Of a stretch of DNA of 64,000 nucleotides, positions 1-9,477 are shown piece by piece. Position numbers and translations under genes: made by a program. Within the stretch, counting starts at the first letter, position 1; each line of letters opens with the position of its first letter. Source of the DNA: an uncultured Planctomycetota bacterium (GTDB lineage Bacteria > Planctomycetota > Planctomycetia > Pirellulales > Lacipirellulaceae); the NCBI GenBank assembly GCA_963719315.1, contig CAVRBU010000010.1:1-64000 (forward strand), read 5' to 3'. The notes beneath the pieces are model-generated. The model searched no databases. It was not told the origin of the DNA and worked only from the letters and a program-made list of their open reading frames with translations.

Positions 1-332
1 CTTCTGAGCTTCTTCGGAGTCGATGTACGGCATCAGGTTGGCCGCGTTCTCGCGGCACAACCGGAGCTTCGACGGAATACCACGCAGAAAACAGCCGGCA
101 CCTTTTCCTTTGATACCTGCGCCCAAGGCGTTTGCCGCGAAGTTGCCAGTCTTGCTGCCCACCGCAACGGCCAACGCCTTGATCTCGATTTCCTCGTCCT
201 TGAAGAGCGACTCGATGCAGAGCGGAGCGAGTTTCCGCAACCACACGTCTGTCGTGCCGATCTTCTTGGCTGCCGCCGTCTTCTTGGCGCACGAACGCGC
301 TCCAAACCTAAGGAACTAACAAAATCCGTCAT
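1..332 (-). CDS. Hypothetical protein, runs off the window edge, apparent frameshift near 300
   Basis: GGAG RBS, then ATG at 332 (MTDFVSSLGL). A different frame then reads openly to position 1 (KKIGTTDVWLRKLAPLCIESLFKDEEIEIKALAV...YIDSEEAQK). Confidence 0.45.
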
Positions 333-868
333 AACACATCTCCTAAATAGAGGAAGCGACTGGCACACTGCCGGTCGCACAGGGAAGAAGGATACGCGAT
401 GCACCCCCTCGACCTGTCGCCCGCCCCCGCTACTCCGAGCGGCGACGGCGGCGACTTTCGACGCAGATCGTTGATACATCTCGACTTACAGCGACGGTAG
501 GGATTCCCAGCCAACAACCGTAGGGCTTTCCCGCCTGCCACTCTCTGGGGGGCTTTTGGTTTGGCCCGGTGCGGGCTTGTGGACAAGTTGGGCGGCCCAA
601 CGAGCCGCCCCGGCGCGAGGCGCGGTGCTCGCGGAGTATATAGTTGTGCCGCGCGAAAGACCGCCCCGGCAGAAAGGCCGAGAACGCCGCCGTGCCGAAG
701 CTCGCCCAACGCATGGAGCGGCTCGTCGAGCGGCAAAGTTAGTGTGTCGCGATTGGGCGTTCGGAGGAGCAATCAATCGCACGACGTATCAATAGCGATG
801 ACAACAGAACTCCGAACGCGGGGCTGCCCAGGGTTTCATCGCTGTTTCCCCAGGGCAGCCCCAACTTT

Positions 869-2403
869 TTGTCCACGGAGATGAAAACAGCGATGTCTAT
901 CTCAGAAGTCTTACAGGCTCTCGAATCCGAGCAGCCCACAATCGAGCACAACTTTGGAGCGATGGAGGAGCCAATCCTCGCACTCCTGCTCGATCACCCC
1001 GAAGCGGTTGGCGATGCCGGCCGATTCATCACGCCCAAGATATTCACGCAGGGCCACACTATCGAAATCGCCCACGCGATTTACACGGCTCACGAGCAGT
1101 ACGGGGTGATGCCCACGCGAGCCGTGGTGATGGACCGAATGTTCCGCCGGCTGACCGTGGACGACATGTTCTGGCGCGAGATTGAGGAATTCCTCACCCG
1201 GTACAAATGCGACACGCGGGATTATCTTGCGGCCCAAAGCAACCTTCAACTCTTCATCCATAAACGGCTATTGGCCCAACTCCATTCGGACGCGGTGCTC
1301 GAAGCCCAAGCGACGATGGAGCCAACGGAGTACGCCAAACTCGTGAACACGATCATGGCCGAAGTAGCGAGGTTCGAGCGGGGCGAGCAGAAGGACACAT
1401 TCACTTGGAGCGACTTGATCGCCGCCAATCCCGACCGCGAGCCGCCGATCATCGACGGCCTCGTCCGAGAAGGTCAGATCATGAACGTCGTATCTTCGTC
1501 GAAGGCCGGCAAGAGTTGGATGTGCTACGGCATCGCGATGGCAGTGTTGTCGGGCCGCAAATGGCTCGATGAGTTCCCCACAACCAAGGGCAAGGTACTA
1601 CTGATCGACAACGAGCTATCGCCGCAGGAGTTATCCCACAGGACCCGCAAGGTTGCGGAGAACATGGGCATTGATATTGGGGAGTACGGCGACCAGCTTG
1701 TTATCAAGACTTTGAAACGCAAGCCGCAGTCGCTCTCGGAGCTTGCCGGATTCTTCGAGGGCATCCAACCGCACGAGTTCAGGCTGATAATCTTGGACGC
1801 GATGTACAAGTTTTGCGAACCGAAGAGCGACGAGAACTCGAACGCCGATATGAGTCGCTTCTACGCCATGCTCTCTACCTACGCCGAGCAAACCAAGGCC
1901 GCGATTCTGCTTGTGCATCACTCGACGAAGGGCGACCAAAGTGACAAGCGAATCACGGACGTCGGAGCCGGAGCCGGCAGCCAGTCACGGGCCGCCGACT
2001 GCCACTTGATCTTTCGCGAACACGCCGAGGGAGACGCTATGGTGCTGGACGCCACGGTCCGCAGCTTCCCGCCCATAGAGCCACTCGCCGTGCGTTTCAA
2101 CTGGCCATTGTGGGAGCCGGACCGCGACCTCGACCCCACGCAACTGGCCACCGGGACGGCCCGGCGCAGAAGGGCCGCGACGAGGAAGGCATGCGGGCCG
2201 TGGCCGAAGCCCTGCAAGCGGGCGGCCCCGCAACTGCCCGCCAACTGCGAACCAAAACCGGAATGGGCCACGAGCGAATCGAGAAACTACTGTACTTATT
2301 GGGCGAGCAAGTAGTGGCAACCCCTGTCAAAGTAGGAGGCCGAACGGCAGAGCAGTGGGAATGGAAAACCCCAGAACCCAAAGTAGAGAACCCCCAGCAG
2401 TAG
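869..2403 (+). CDS. AAA_25/RepA-like replicative helicase with DnaB-like N-terminus and a possible C-terminal HTH; frameshift near 2185
   Basis: Walker A SSSKAGKS, VLLIDNEL, Walker B LIILDA, LLVHHSTK, GAGSQSRAAD. The C-terminus continues in ORF 2110..2403 (RAVAEALQAGGPATARQLRTKTGMGHERIEKLL). Confidence 0.8.
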
Positions 2404-2640
2404 GGCGGGCCGGCAGTGGGCGGCCCACTAACCAACCACCCGACCACTAGGCGTCCGAGGGCGGGCGGGCCGTCTAAAAACGACGGCCCGCCCACACTCT
2501 CTCGGACCGCCGGGGACTCGGACCGGGGGAAGAGGAACAAGAAAGAACGGCCCACCCCCCACAAAACCCTGCCACCCGGAAAGAACGGCCCACCCCTTTT
2601 GCAAAAAACCTGCCCGCCCCGACAGGAGCCGGCCCACCCC
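2403..2640. repeat. Iteron-like direct repeats plus hairpin (putative origin)
   Basis: GAAAGAACGGCCCACCCC at 2541 and 2579, CGGCCCACCCC at 2630. Perfect 12-bp stem GGGCGGGCCGTC/GACGGCCCGCCC at 2463-2493. Confidence 0.6.
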
Positions 2641-2989
2641 AAGGAGCACCATGGCACAAGACAACGTGGCAACGTGGCAGCGCGAGCAGCCCTGCTGAAA
2701 TCGAAATTGAAAATCATCATCGAGAATCGATACCAGCTCATCGATTCTGAACTGAGTGAATTGGAACAGTTGGCCAGACGGCTCCAAAATCCAAACCTGC
2801 GAAAACCACCGTACCCACCGCAACCGAAATATAGGATGACGAAAGAAGAGAACGCAGAAGACAACCAGCCCTGGCCGATTCCGCCCCTTGTAACCCCCTG
2901 TCGCCCTTGTGCCGGGTTTTGGGTTGCGTCGTGTCCAGCTCCGCCGTATTCTGTCGCCTTACGGTTGCGAACAGTCGCAGATTTTCGAC

Positions 2990-3044
2990 ACTTAAAATCC
3001 GTTGGGGGGTAACCCCCGTGCGGGTTCGACTCCCGCCTCGGCCA
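2990..3044 (+). other. 3' half of tRNA-Leu(TAA); probable att site, not a functional tRNA
   Basis: ACTTAAAATCC anticodon loop, long variable arm GGGGGTAACCCCC, T-arm GCGGGTTCGACTCCCGC, end CTCGGCCA. No D-arm or 5' acceptor strand upstream. Confidence 0.8.
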
Positions 3045-3187
3045 CTTGCAATACAGTCAAGTATCGTAACAAGTCGAAATCATCGGTAATGTCGTAATCG
3101 TCAGCTTCCGAGACATCGCCTTGGAGGGGCGTTACTGTGTCTGGTTGCGCCGCATTATGTGCCGCGCCGTTGTCCGTTGTCGCCCGG

Positions 3188-3519
3188 TCATAATCGGCTT
3201 CGATTACTTACCAATAGTGGCGTTGGGGCAACGTCGGTGCTGTGTCCGCGCCATGCTGCCGTCACGTGGCCCGGATACTCGGCCGCCAGTTCCGTCGCCC
3301 GGCTCGCCCGTAGATTCTGGAACAGCTTGGGCCACGGCGTCAGCCCCGCGCCAGCGATGATCCGCAGCAGTTGCGTCTGCAGATTAGCATTTACGTCGCG
3401 GAATCGAGTAATAACCGGGTCGCTAAACGGCACGCCGACGCCCGGCCCTACTTCGTCGCGTACTGCTTCCAGGTACGGCCGCAACTCAGGGTACAAGGGA
3501 ATCACGCGATGCTCTTTGC
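3188..3519 (-). pseudogene. Tyrosine integrase C-terminal fragment
   Basis: IPLYPELRPYL...WPKLFQNLRASRATELAAEYPGHVTAAWRGHS. The N-terminus is missing at the 3520 junction. Confidence 0.75.
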
Positions 3520-3711
3520 CTAAGGCTGCCTACGGCCGCAACCAAAGAGTCGTTGCCGTGGTCGGTGAACAGTTGTAAATCTGGTGAAACTTTGCTTGAA
3601 GTGCCGGTTCCTTTTCTCGGTTTTCGTTGAGAAAGGGAGTGAGGGGAGCACAAAAAAAGGCGTTCGTCCTAGATGATGGTTGTTGCAACCAGCCATCCCA
3701 AGGAGAACGCC

Positions 3712-5238
3712 ATGAACGACTTCGTAAAGAAGTTCGCCCGCCTCATTATAGGCACGTTGTCGTGTTTTGATCGAGTCATATTCAAGGGGCACCTTCCCTT
3801 CGGCGGCGACGCCCACCTGAACGCGTTTGTCGACAACGTGCTCAGGATTCGCCGCAAGGACTTCCTCCCGATGCTCGAAACGCTCTTCGCCCAGCTGGTC
3901 GATTACGCCAAATCCCTGGCGGAAGCCGCCGGCCGACCCTACGAGTACCACCAGGGGAAGTTCCGCAAAGAGGCCTCCATCCAGAACATGATCCGCGAGT
4001 ACCGCGTCACCGAAGGTCTGGTGGCCGTCCTCTGCTGTCAGGAAACCTGCCGCACCGTCAAGCTCCGCTATGGCGACAAGCGCCCCTGGCTCGAGTTCGC
4101 TTATCGCCCCCAGCGGGTTCTCTACTATGACAACATCGATCCCGAGTTCGGGCTGATGTACGTCCGCATCCGGACCTGGTTCCCGTATACGATCCAGGTC
4201 TACGTCAACGGCCACGACTGGCTCGCCTGCCAGATGACGGGGAAGCGGATCGGCTTCTGTCAGCGGGACAACGCCTTCACGCAACTCGACTCCGCCCAGC
4301 GGGCCCAGCACCTGGCCGACCGGTTCTGCCGGTTGCCGTGGGTCCGCCAACTGGACCAGTGGGCGCGGCAGTATCATCCCCTCCTCCGTGAGCCATGGCT
4401 CAAAAAGTCCAGCTACTACTGGACCATTCAACAAGCCGAGTACGCCACCGACGTGATGTTCGTCGGCCGCAGCAAACTCGCCGGGCTCTACCACCGTCTG
4501 TTGGATTATGCCACCGTCCACTTCGGCGCCCAGGACATCCTCACATTCCTGGGCCGCAAGCTGCACGGCAACTTCCAAGGCGAGGTGCTCTCCGACTGCA
4601 AAAAGAAGCGGGCTCCCGGCGCTCGAATCAAACATCGCATGAAAAACAACTGGCTGAAGATGTACGACAAGTTCGGCCAGATCTTGCGGGTCGAGACGGT
4701 GATCAACGACCCGCGTGAGTTTCGCGTCCGCCGCCGGCGCGAGCGAAACGGGACACCGCAAATGGTATGGTGTCCCATGAACAAAGGCGTGGCGAACTTC
4801 TACCAGTTCGAGCGTGCCCGCCGCACCGCCAACGAGCGTTATCTGAAAGCCCTCGCGGTCGTCGACGACCCTGCGCCGTCCTACCAGCAGGTAGCACGGC
4901 TCGCTGAGCGGAAAGTAGTCCGAGAGCGAAGCTATGCCGGCTTTAATCCGGCTTGCCAAGACGACGTTCGGCTCTTTCAGGCAGTGCTCCACGGCGACCA
5001 CCTGCTGCGTGGCTTCCACAACCGCAACATCCGTCGGCTCCTGGGCTGCGACGACAAAGCGCCTCCGCTCTTGCGGAGCTGGACTGCCAGGGTCGGACGA
5101 CTCTTGAAACGGCTGCATGTCCGCGGACTGATCGCCAAAATTCCGCATACCCGTCGCTGGCGGGTCACCCAACTCGGCCAAAAACTGCTCGGCGCTGTCG
5201 TTCAACTGCATTATCATGGCCTGTCAAAAGCAGCTTGA
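3712..5238 (+). CDS. Putative transposase of unclassified family (Rep_trans-like motifs, C-terminal winged helix)
   Basis: AGGAG RBS; LSCFDRVIFKG; RIKHRMKNNWLKMYDKFGQILRVETVIND; C-terminal RLLKRLHVRGLIAKIPHTRRWRVTQLG. Confidence 0.6.
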   Translation: MNDFVKKFARLIIGTLSCFDRVIFKGHLPFGGDAHLNAFVDNVLRIRRKDFLPMLETLFAQLVDYAKSLAEAAGRPYEYHQGKFRKEASIQNMIREYRVTEGLVAVLCCQETCRTVKLRYGDKRPWLEFAYRPQRVLYYDNIDPEFGLMYVRIRTWFPYTIQVYVNGHDWLACQMTGKRIGFCQRDNAFTQLDSAQRAQHLADRFCRLPWVRQLDQWARQYHPLLREPWLKKSSYYWTIQQAEYATDVMFVGRSKLAGLYHRLLDYATVHFGAQDILTFLGRKLHGNFQGEVLSDCKKKRAPGARIKHRMKNNWLKMYDKFGQILRVETVINDPREFRVRRRRERNGTPQMVWCPMNKGVANFYQFERARRTANERYLKALAVVDDPAPSYQQVARLAERKVVRERSYAGFNPACQDDVRLFQAVLHGDHLLRGFHNRNIRRLLGCDDKAPPLLRSWTARVGRLLKRLHVRGLIAKIPHTRRWRVTQLGQKLLGAVVQLHYHGLSKAA

Positions 5239-5276
5239 AAAACATGCGCGCACCACGCGCGCATGTTACGAAATAA

Positions 5277-6590
5277 GGTTCATCCGGTTGAAGCGTATTG
5301 TGGCTTGAAAGAGTGTGGAGATGCTGTTCCTATCTGTAGTTCTTGCAAGGACTTCAGACAGGAGGAGGCAGCATGTCCACGAGCTTGTTGTACCATGCGT
5401 TCGGAGTGCGCGACTACCGTTACGTGAAAACAGAATACGTCGAGGGCGGTGTGATCTTTACCATCGAGCGGAAGACGGCCACGTGTCGCTGTGCGGTGTG
5501 CGGCTGCGAGAACGTGTGGCGGCAAGGGAGCGTAACGCGACCATTTCGGGCACCCTCCATCGGCCGCCGGCCGGTGACTTTGAGGGCCGAGATTCCACGA
5601 CTGTTGTGCCGCGACTGCGGGAAGAGGCGCCAGGCCGCCATGGGCTTTGCCGACCCGCGGCGCACGTACACCAAGTCCTTTGAGCGATACGTGTTGGAGC
5701 TTTCTCAGCACATGACGATCAAGGACGTGGCCGAACATCTGGGCGTCAGTTGGGACGTGGTCAAAGACATCCAGAAGCGGTATCTGCGCAAGAGGTTTGC
5801 CAAGCCGAAACTGAAGCGCCTGCGGCAGATCGCCATCGACGAGATTTCCACCGGCAAGGGGCATCGCTACGTGACGATCGTGTTGGACCTCCAAAGCGGT
5901 GCGGTCGTGCATGTCGGAGAAGGAAAAGGCGGAGAAGCGCTGCTGGGATTCTGGAAACGGCTCCGCGTCAGCGGAGCCCGGGTCGAGGCGATCGCCACCG
6001 ACATGTCGCCGGCATACATCGACGCCGTGACTCGCCACCTGCCCCATGCCACGTTGGTGTTCGATCGCTTTCACGTGATCAAGCTCTACAACGACAAACT
6101 TTCAGAGCTGCGACGCGACTTGCACCGTCAACTTACCGACACGATGCAGAAAAACGCACTCACAGGGGTTCGCTGGCTGTTGCTAAAACGCCCCGAACAC
6201 TTGGACAACTCTCGCCGCGAGCCCGAACGTCTGCAAGAAGCCCTGCGGCTCAACGAGCCGCTGGCCCTCGCCTATTACCTCAAGGATGAACTCAACGAAA
6301 TCTGGGAACAAGACGATCAGGAAACGGCTCACGCTTTGCTCATGGATTGGATTCTGTTTGCGGAATCCACCGGCATTCGCATGCTCCAACAGTTCGCCAA
6401 AACGCTTCGCTTCCACGCCTTGGGCGTCTTGGCCTACTACGACTACCCGATCTCCACCGGCCCCCTGGAAGGCACCAACAACAAAATCAAAACCATGAAA
6501 CGACAAGCCTATGGATTCCGTGACGCCGAATTCCTCAAACTCAAAATATACGCAATCCACCAAACAAAATACGCTTTAGTCGGATGAACC
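5277..6590 (+). mobile_element. ISL3-family insertion sequence, intact
   Basis: Imperfect TIRs GGTTCATCCG..AAGCGTATT at both ends. Perfect 8-bp target duplication CGAAATAA (5269-5276, 6591-6598). Confidence 0.95.
5373..6587 (+). CDS. ISL3-family transposase
   Basis: Zn finger CAVC/CRDC, IAIDE, ATDMSPAY, FDRFHV, STGPLEGTNNKIKTMKRQAYGFRD. Confidence 0.95.
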   Translation: MSTSLLYHAFGVRDYRYVKTEYVEGGVIFTIERKTATCRCAVCGCENVWRQGSVTRPFRAPSIGRRPVTLRAEIPRLLCRDCGKRRQAAMGFADPRRTYTKSFERYVLELSQHMTIKDVAEHLGVSWDVVKDIQKRYLRKRFAKPKLKRLRQIAIDEISTGKGHRYVTIVLDLQSGAVVHVGEGKGGEALLGFWKRLRVSGARVEAIATDMSPAYIDAVTRHLPHATLVFDRFHVIKLYNDKLSELRRDLHRQLTDTMQKNALTGVRWLLLKRPEHLDNSRREPERLQEALRLNEPLALAYYLKDELNEIWEQDDQETAHALLMDWILFAESTGIRMLQQFAKTLRFHALGVLAYYDYPISTGPLEGTNNKIKTMKRQAYGFRDAEFLKLKIYAIHQTKYALVG

Positions 6591-6602
6591 CGAAATAAGA
6601 CT

Positions 6603-7877
6603 CTAAATGGTGGTCCGTTTCGCCTGTCGCGCAATCGGCCAGCAGCACATGGCCAACGCGACGGTGACCAATATGAATGCGGATGGCTCAGGCACCGACG
6701 TGAGCAACGCGGCAAAAGAACCCGTACCATGCGCCGCTTCGAACGCCTCTTTGAAGAGCACGAAGTCGGCATGATCATTGCGAAAATCGCCGTTCAGGTC
6801 GCCCATCATGTTGGCTTGTGTGAGAGAAAGGCCTGTCAAGTCCGCCAACTGGCCGGCGCGAAACTGCGTCCAATCCTCCACGCCCAGGCTGCAATTGCCG
6901 CTAAGATCTCCAAACAACGAACAAGTCGGAACGCCGAATTGTACGACTACAGAACGATGGTCCGAAGGATACGGCTGAATGCCGATATCGGTGTCTGGAT
7001 CGTTCGCGTCGTAGCCAAGAGTTTGAGCACTAAGAGGCGTAACGTTGACGCCGCGATAGTACACGAAGTCGATGCGATCGAAGACTTCATCCGGGTCCTG
7101 AGCGGGCGCCGGAGACCCGGGCGTCCAAGTATTGCCGCGATCGTTGATTTCATCCGGTCGCAATTGGCGAAATGAGTCGGAAAACCCCGCATCGACGACG
7201 GATTGAGAAGCCGGCCAATCGACCTTCTTGCCAAAGTGCAAACCGGCATTGGCTGCCGCTTGCGTCCAATCCAGGTGGGATGGCTCGTTAAAGTCGCCAG
7301 TCAAAAAAATCGGCGTACCGGTTGCGATCGCCGGCGCCATGGCATTGAGTACCGACGTGACCTGGCCGCCCCGTGTCGCCTGGGCCTCAGCGATTGCCTG
7401 GGCCTCGGTCGTAATCGCCCCGTCCCGAATGTCGTAGGGCTGATAGGGAAATGCACTCAGGTGAACGTTGAACAAGTATGCGTCCTGCGTGGGGGAAAGC
7501 TGCAACCGCACGCCTTGATCGAGGACTTGAGTGATGGGATACCGACTAAGGATGGCGACATCGCTGTTAAATCCGTGGTAATAATAGCCCAGTGAGGCGG
7601 CAATCGCTTGAGTATTGCCACCCACTTCCTGGATGCCGATGACATCGGCCTGCGCAGCTTGGATCACACCGACCGTGCGCGAGAGCGGCCCATACGTGGC
7701 GCCGCCTAACAGTACGTTGTACGTCAATACACTTAGAGAATCGACCGTCTGCGCTTCGCCAACGGAGGGCATCGCTGCGGCAAGCGCCAAGGCAGCCCAC
7801 GAGATTCGGCGACACACCCGAGCTCGTCGAGACATCGCCCAAGACATCGCCGCCATCAAACCATAAGTGAGGATCAT
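6603..7877 (-). CDS. Secreted endonuclease/exonuclease/phosphatase (EEP) family protein with dockerin-like region and PEP-CTERM
   Basis: LTYNV, IGIQE, LTGDFNEPSH, RIDFVY, PSDHRSV, VPEP plus TM. Start codon uncertain. Confidence 0.85.
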   Translation of the reverse strand: MILTYGLMAAMSWAMSRRARVCRRISWAALALAAAMPSVGEAQTVDSLSVLTYNVLLGGATYGPLSRTVGVIQAAQADVIGIQEVGGNTQAIAASLGYYYHGFNSDVAILSRYPITQVLDQGVRLQLSPTQDAYLFNVHLSAFPYQPYDIRDGAITTEAQAIAEAQATRGGQVTSVLNAMAPAIATGTPIFLTGDFNEPSHLDWTQAAANAGLHFGKKVDWPASQSVVDAGFSDSFRQLRPDEINDRGNTWTPGSPAPAQDPDEVFDRIDFVYYRGVNVTPLSAQTLGYDANDPDTDIGIQPYPSDHRSVVVQFGVPTCSLFGDLSGNCSLGVEDWTQFRAGQLADLTGLSLTQANMMGDLNGDFRNDHADFVLFKEAFEAAHGTGSFAALLTSVPEPSAFILVTVALAMCCWPIARQAKRTTI

Positions 7878-9455
7878 GCATCATACCCGAATTCGCGGAC
7901 AAACGGCTCAAGCGTTTTCATTGCCGGCTCAAGCAATCGCTCGTAGTTCTTCCAACGGCCGATCGCTCGCGTATAGATCGGCTCGGCGACTGCTTCGTAC
8001 GTTGGGCTGGTGACCCGCTTAGTTCCCGTAAGCCGCTTCCGATAGTCGAGAACTTGATTGTCCCACGGAAGCGCAAGCGTGTCGAGCGCACGGCGGACTT
8101 GCCGCTCCGGATCGGCGACCGTGTCCTCATAGCGAATCTCGCACCACGGCACATCGATCAGCGTGCGATACTTAAGCCAGGCCGTCATGTCGAGCGCATA
8201 CCGCTTGGCGGCCCGCTCGACTTCCAAAAAGCTCACGCTCACGGCGTTGAGTGGTAAATATCGCAAATAGCAGCTTAGCACTACGTCGCGCGGATCTCGC
8301 AGCGCTACGACCAGACGCGCTTCCGGAAAAACGCGGAGCACAAGCGGGATCGTCATATTGTAGGCCGGGTTCTTGTCTAAGTGCATGCGGCCGGCGATGG
8401 GCTCTCCCAAAAGATACTCCATGGCTCGAAAATATCGCCCTCGCTGGTGATCAATATCGTCGACGGGCAACTCCTTGAGCGCGGCGAGGAACGGCATGTT
8501 GCCCCGGTTCGCCAAGACTGTATGCATCAGTTCTCTGCCGATAAAATCCCGCTCCTCGGAACTAATGAGATCGGAATGCGCATCGAGCATCTGTTCCAGA
8601 AGCGTTGTCCCCGAGCGCGGGAAGCCCGTGAGCAACGCGGTGCGCCGAGCCTCCAGATGTTGAGAATCAGCTTTCCAGAGCTTAAAATCATCGCGCGTGA
8701 TCGCCCTGATGGTTTCGCGCATTTGGGAACTTACTTCTTGTGAGAGCTTCCAGTGAGCGCCGCTGTGGGCCCGCTGCGGCCGCTTGCACCGCTCAATCGC
8801 GTCCGCAGCCCCTGCGAAATCACCCTGGTGGTCTTTCATGAGCGCGAGCTCGCTCCAGGCCTGACAAGCCCATTCCGATTCTGGAAGCCGTTCGGCGAGC
8901 GCGCGGAACGTCGCTTCGGCTTGCTCCGTGTGATTCTGCCGGCGTTGAATCCGCCCCCGCACGAGCGCCACAGTCGGCAGATCATAACCCTCGCGCACGG
9001 TGCGTTCGATCAATTCTTCGGCTTCATCGAGCCAATGCGCACGTTCGTATAATGAGGCGAGCTCCATCCACGTCGGCGGCCCTGCCCCCGGCAATCGTGC
9101 CGCCTTTAGATAACTGGCAACCGCTCGATCCGGAAGTTTGAGGATGCCATACGTTTCACCGATGTAATGATGAACGCCCGGGTGCCGCGGCGCCCGGCGA
9201 ACGAGTTTGTCGAGCGTCTCCTCCATTTTCTCGAAGTCGAATCGATCGGCGTGCGCGGGCCGCCATCACATACGCCCGCACATTGTTCGGCTCCTGCCGG
9301 ATCGCTTCGGCGAACAGGCTGAGTGCGTCCGCCCTTTGGCCCGCGTTCCAACAGCGATGGGCCGCTTGCAAGTGTCGCGACGGAACATCGACCATGGCGC
9401 CGACGCCAGTCGGAGTTTGTCGCCTCGCCGTCTGCGGATTCCGGCGTCTCGCCAT
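7874..9455 (-). CDS. TPR-repeat sulfotransferase (Sulfotransfer_3/TPST-like), frameshift near 9250
   Basis: 5'-PSB GFPRSGTTLLEQ, DKNP, 3'-PB RDPRDVVLS. The N-terminus (TPR, RQEPNNVRAY) lies in ORF 9156..9455. Confidence 0.85.
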
Positions 9456-9477
9456 GAAGCTTCCCCGCTGCTACGGA

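Larger units (their letters stand above)
3520..6606 (+). mobile_element. Unclassified hairpin-ended IS-like element (ISL3 nested in its right end)
   Basis: Truncates the integrase at 3520. CTAA at both putative ends (3520, 6603). GC-rich imperfect inverted repeat at 3524-3543, 11-bp hairpin at 5241-5267. No terminal inverted repeats. Confidence 0.55.

Noticed and set aside
2416..3012. 198-aa ORF as one gene
   Set aside because: It spans the repeat region and the tRNA fragment. At most a small frameshifted gene starts near 2651 (AAGGAG RBS), too weak to call.
2960..3044. Complete tRNA-Leu gene
   Set aside because: No D-arm or pairing 5' acceptor strand; reported as an att fragment instead.
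3520..5217. 565-aa antisense ORF
   Set aside because: Shadow of the plus-strand transposase-like gene; no motifs; expected in high-GC DNA.
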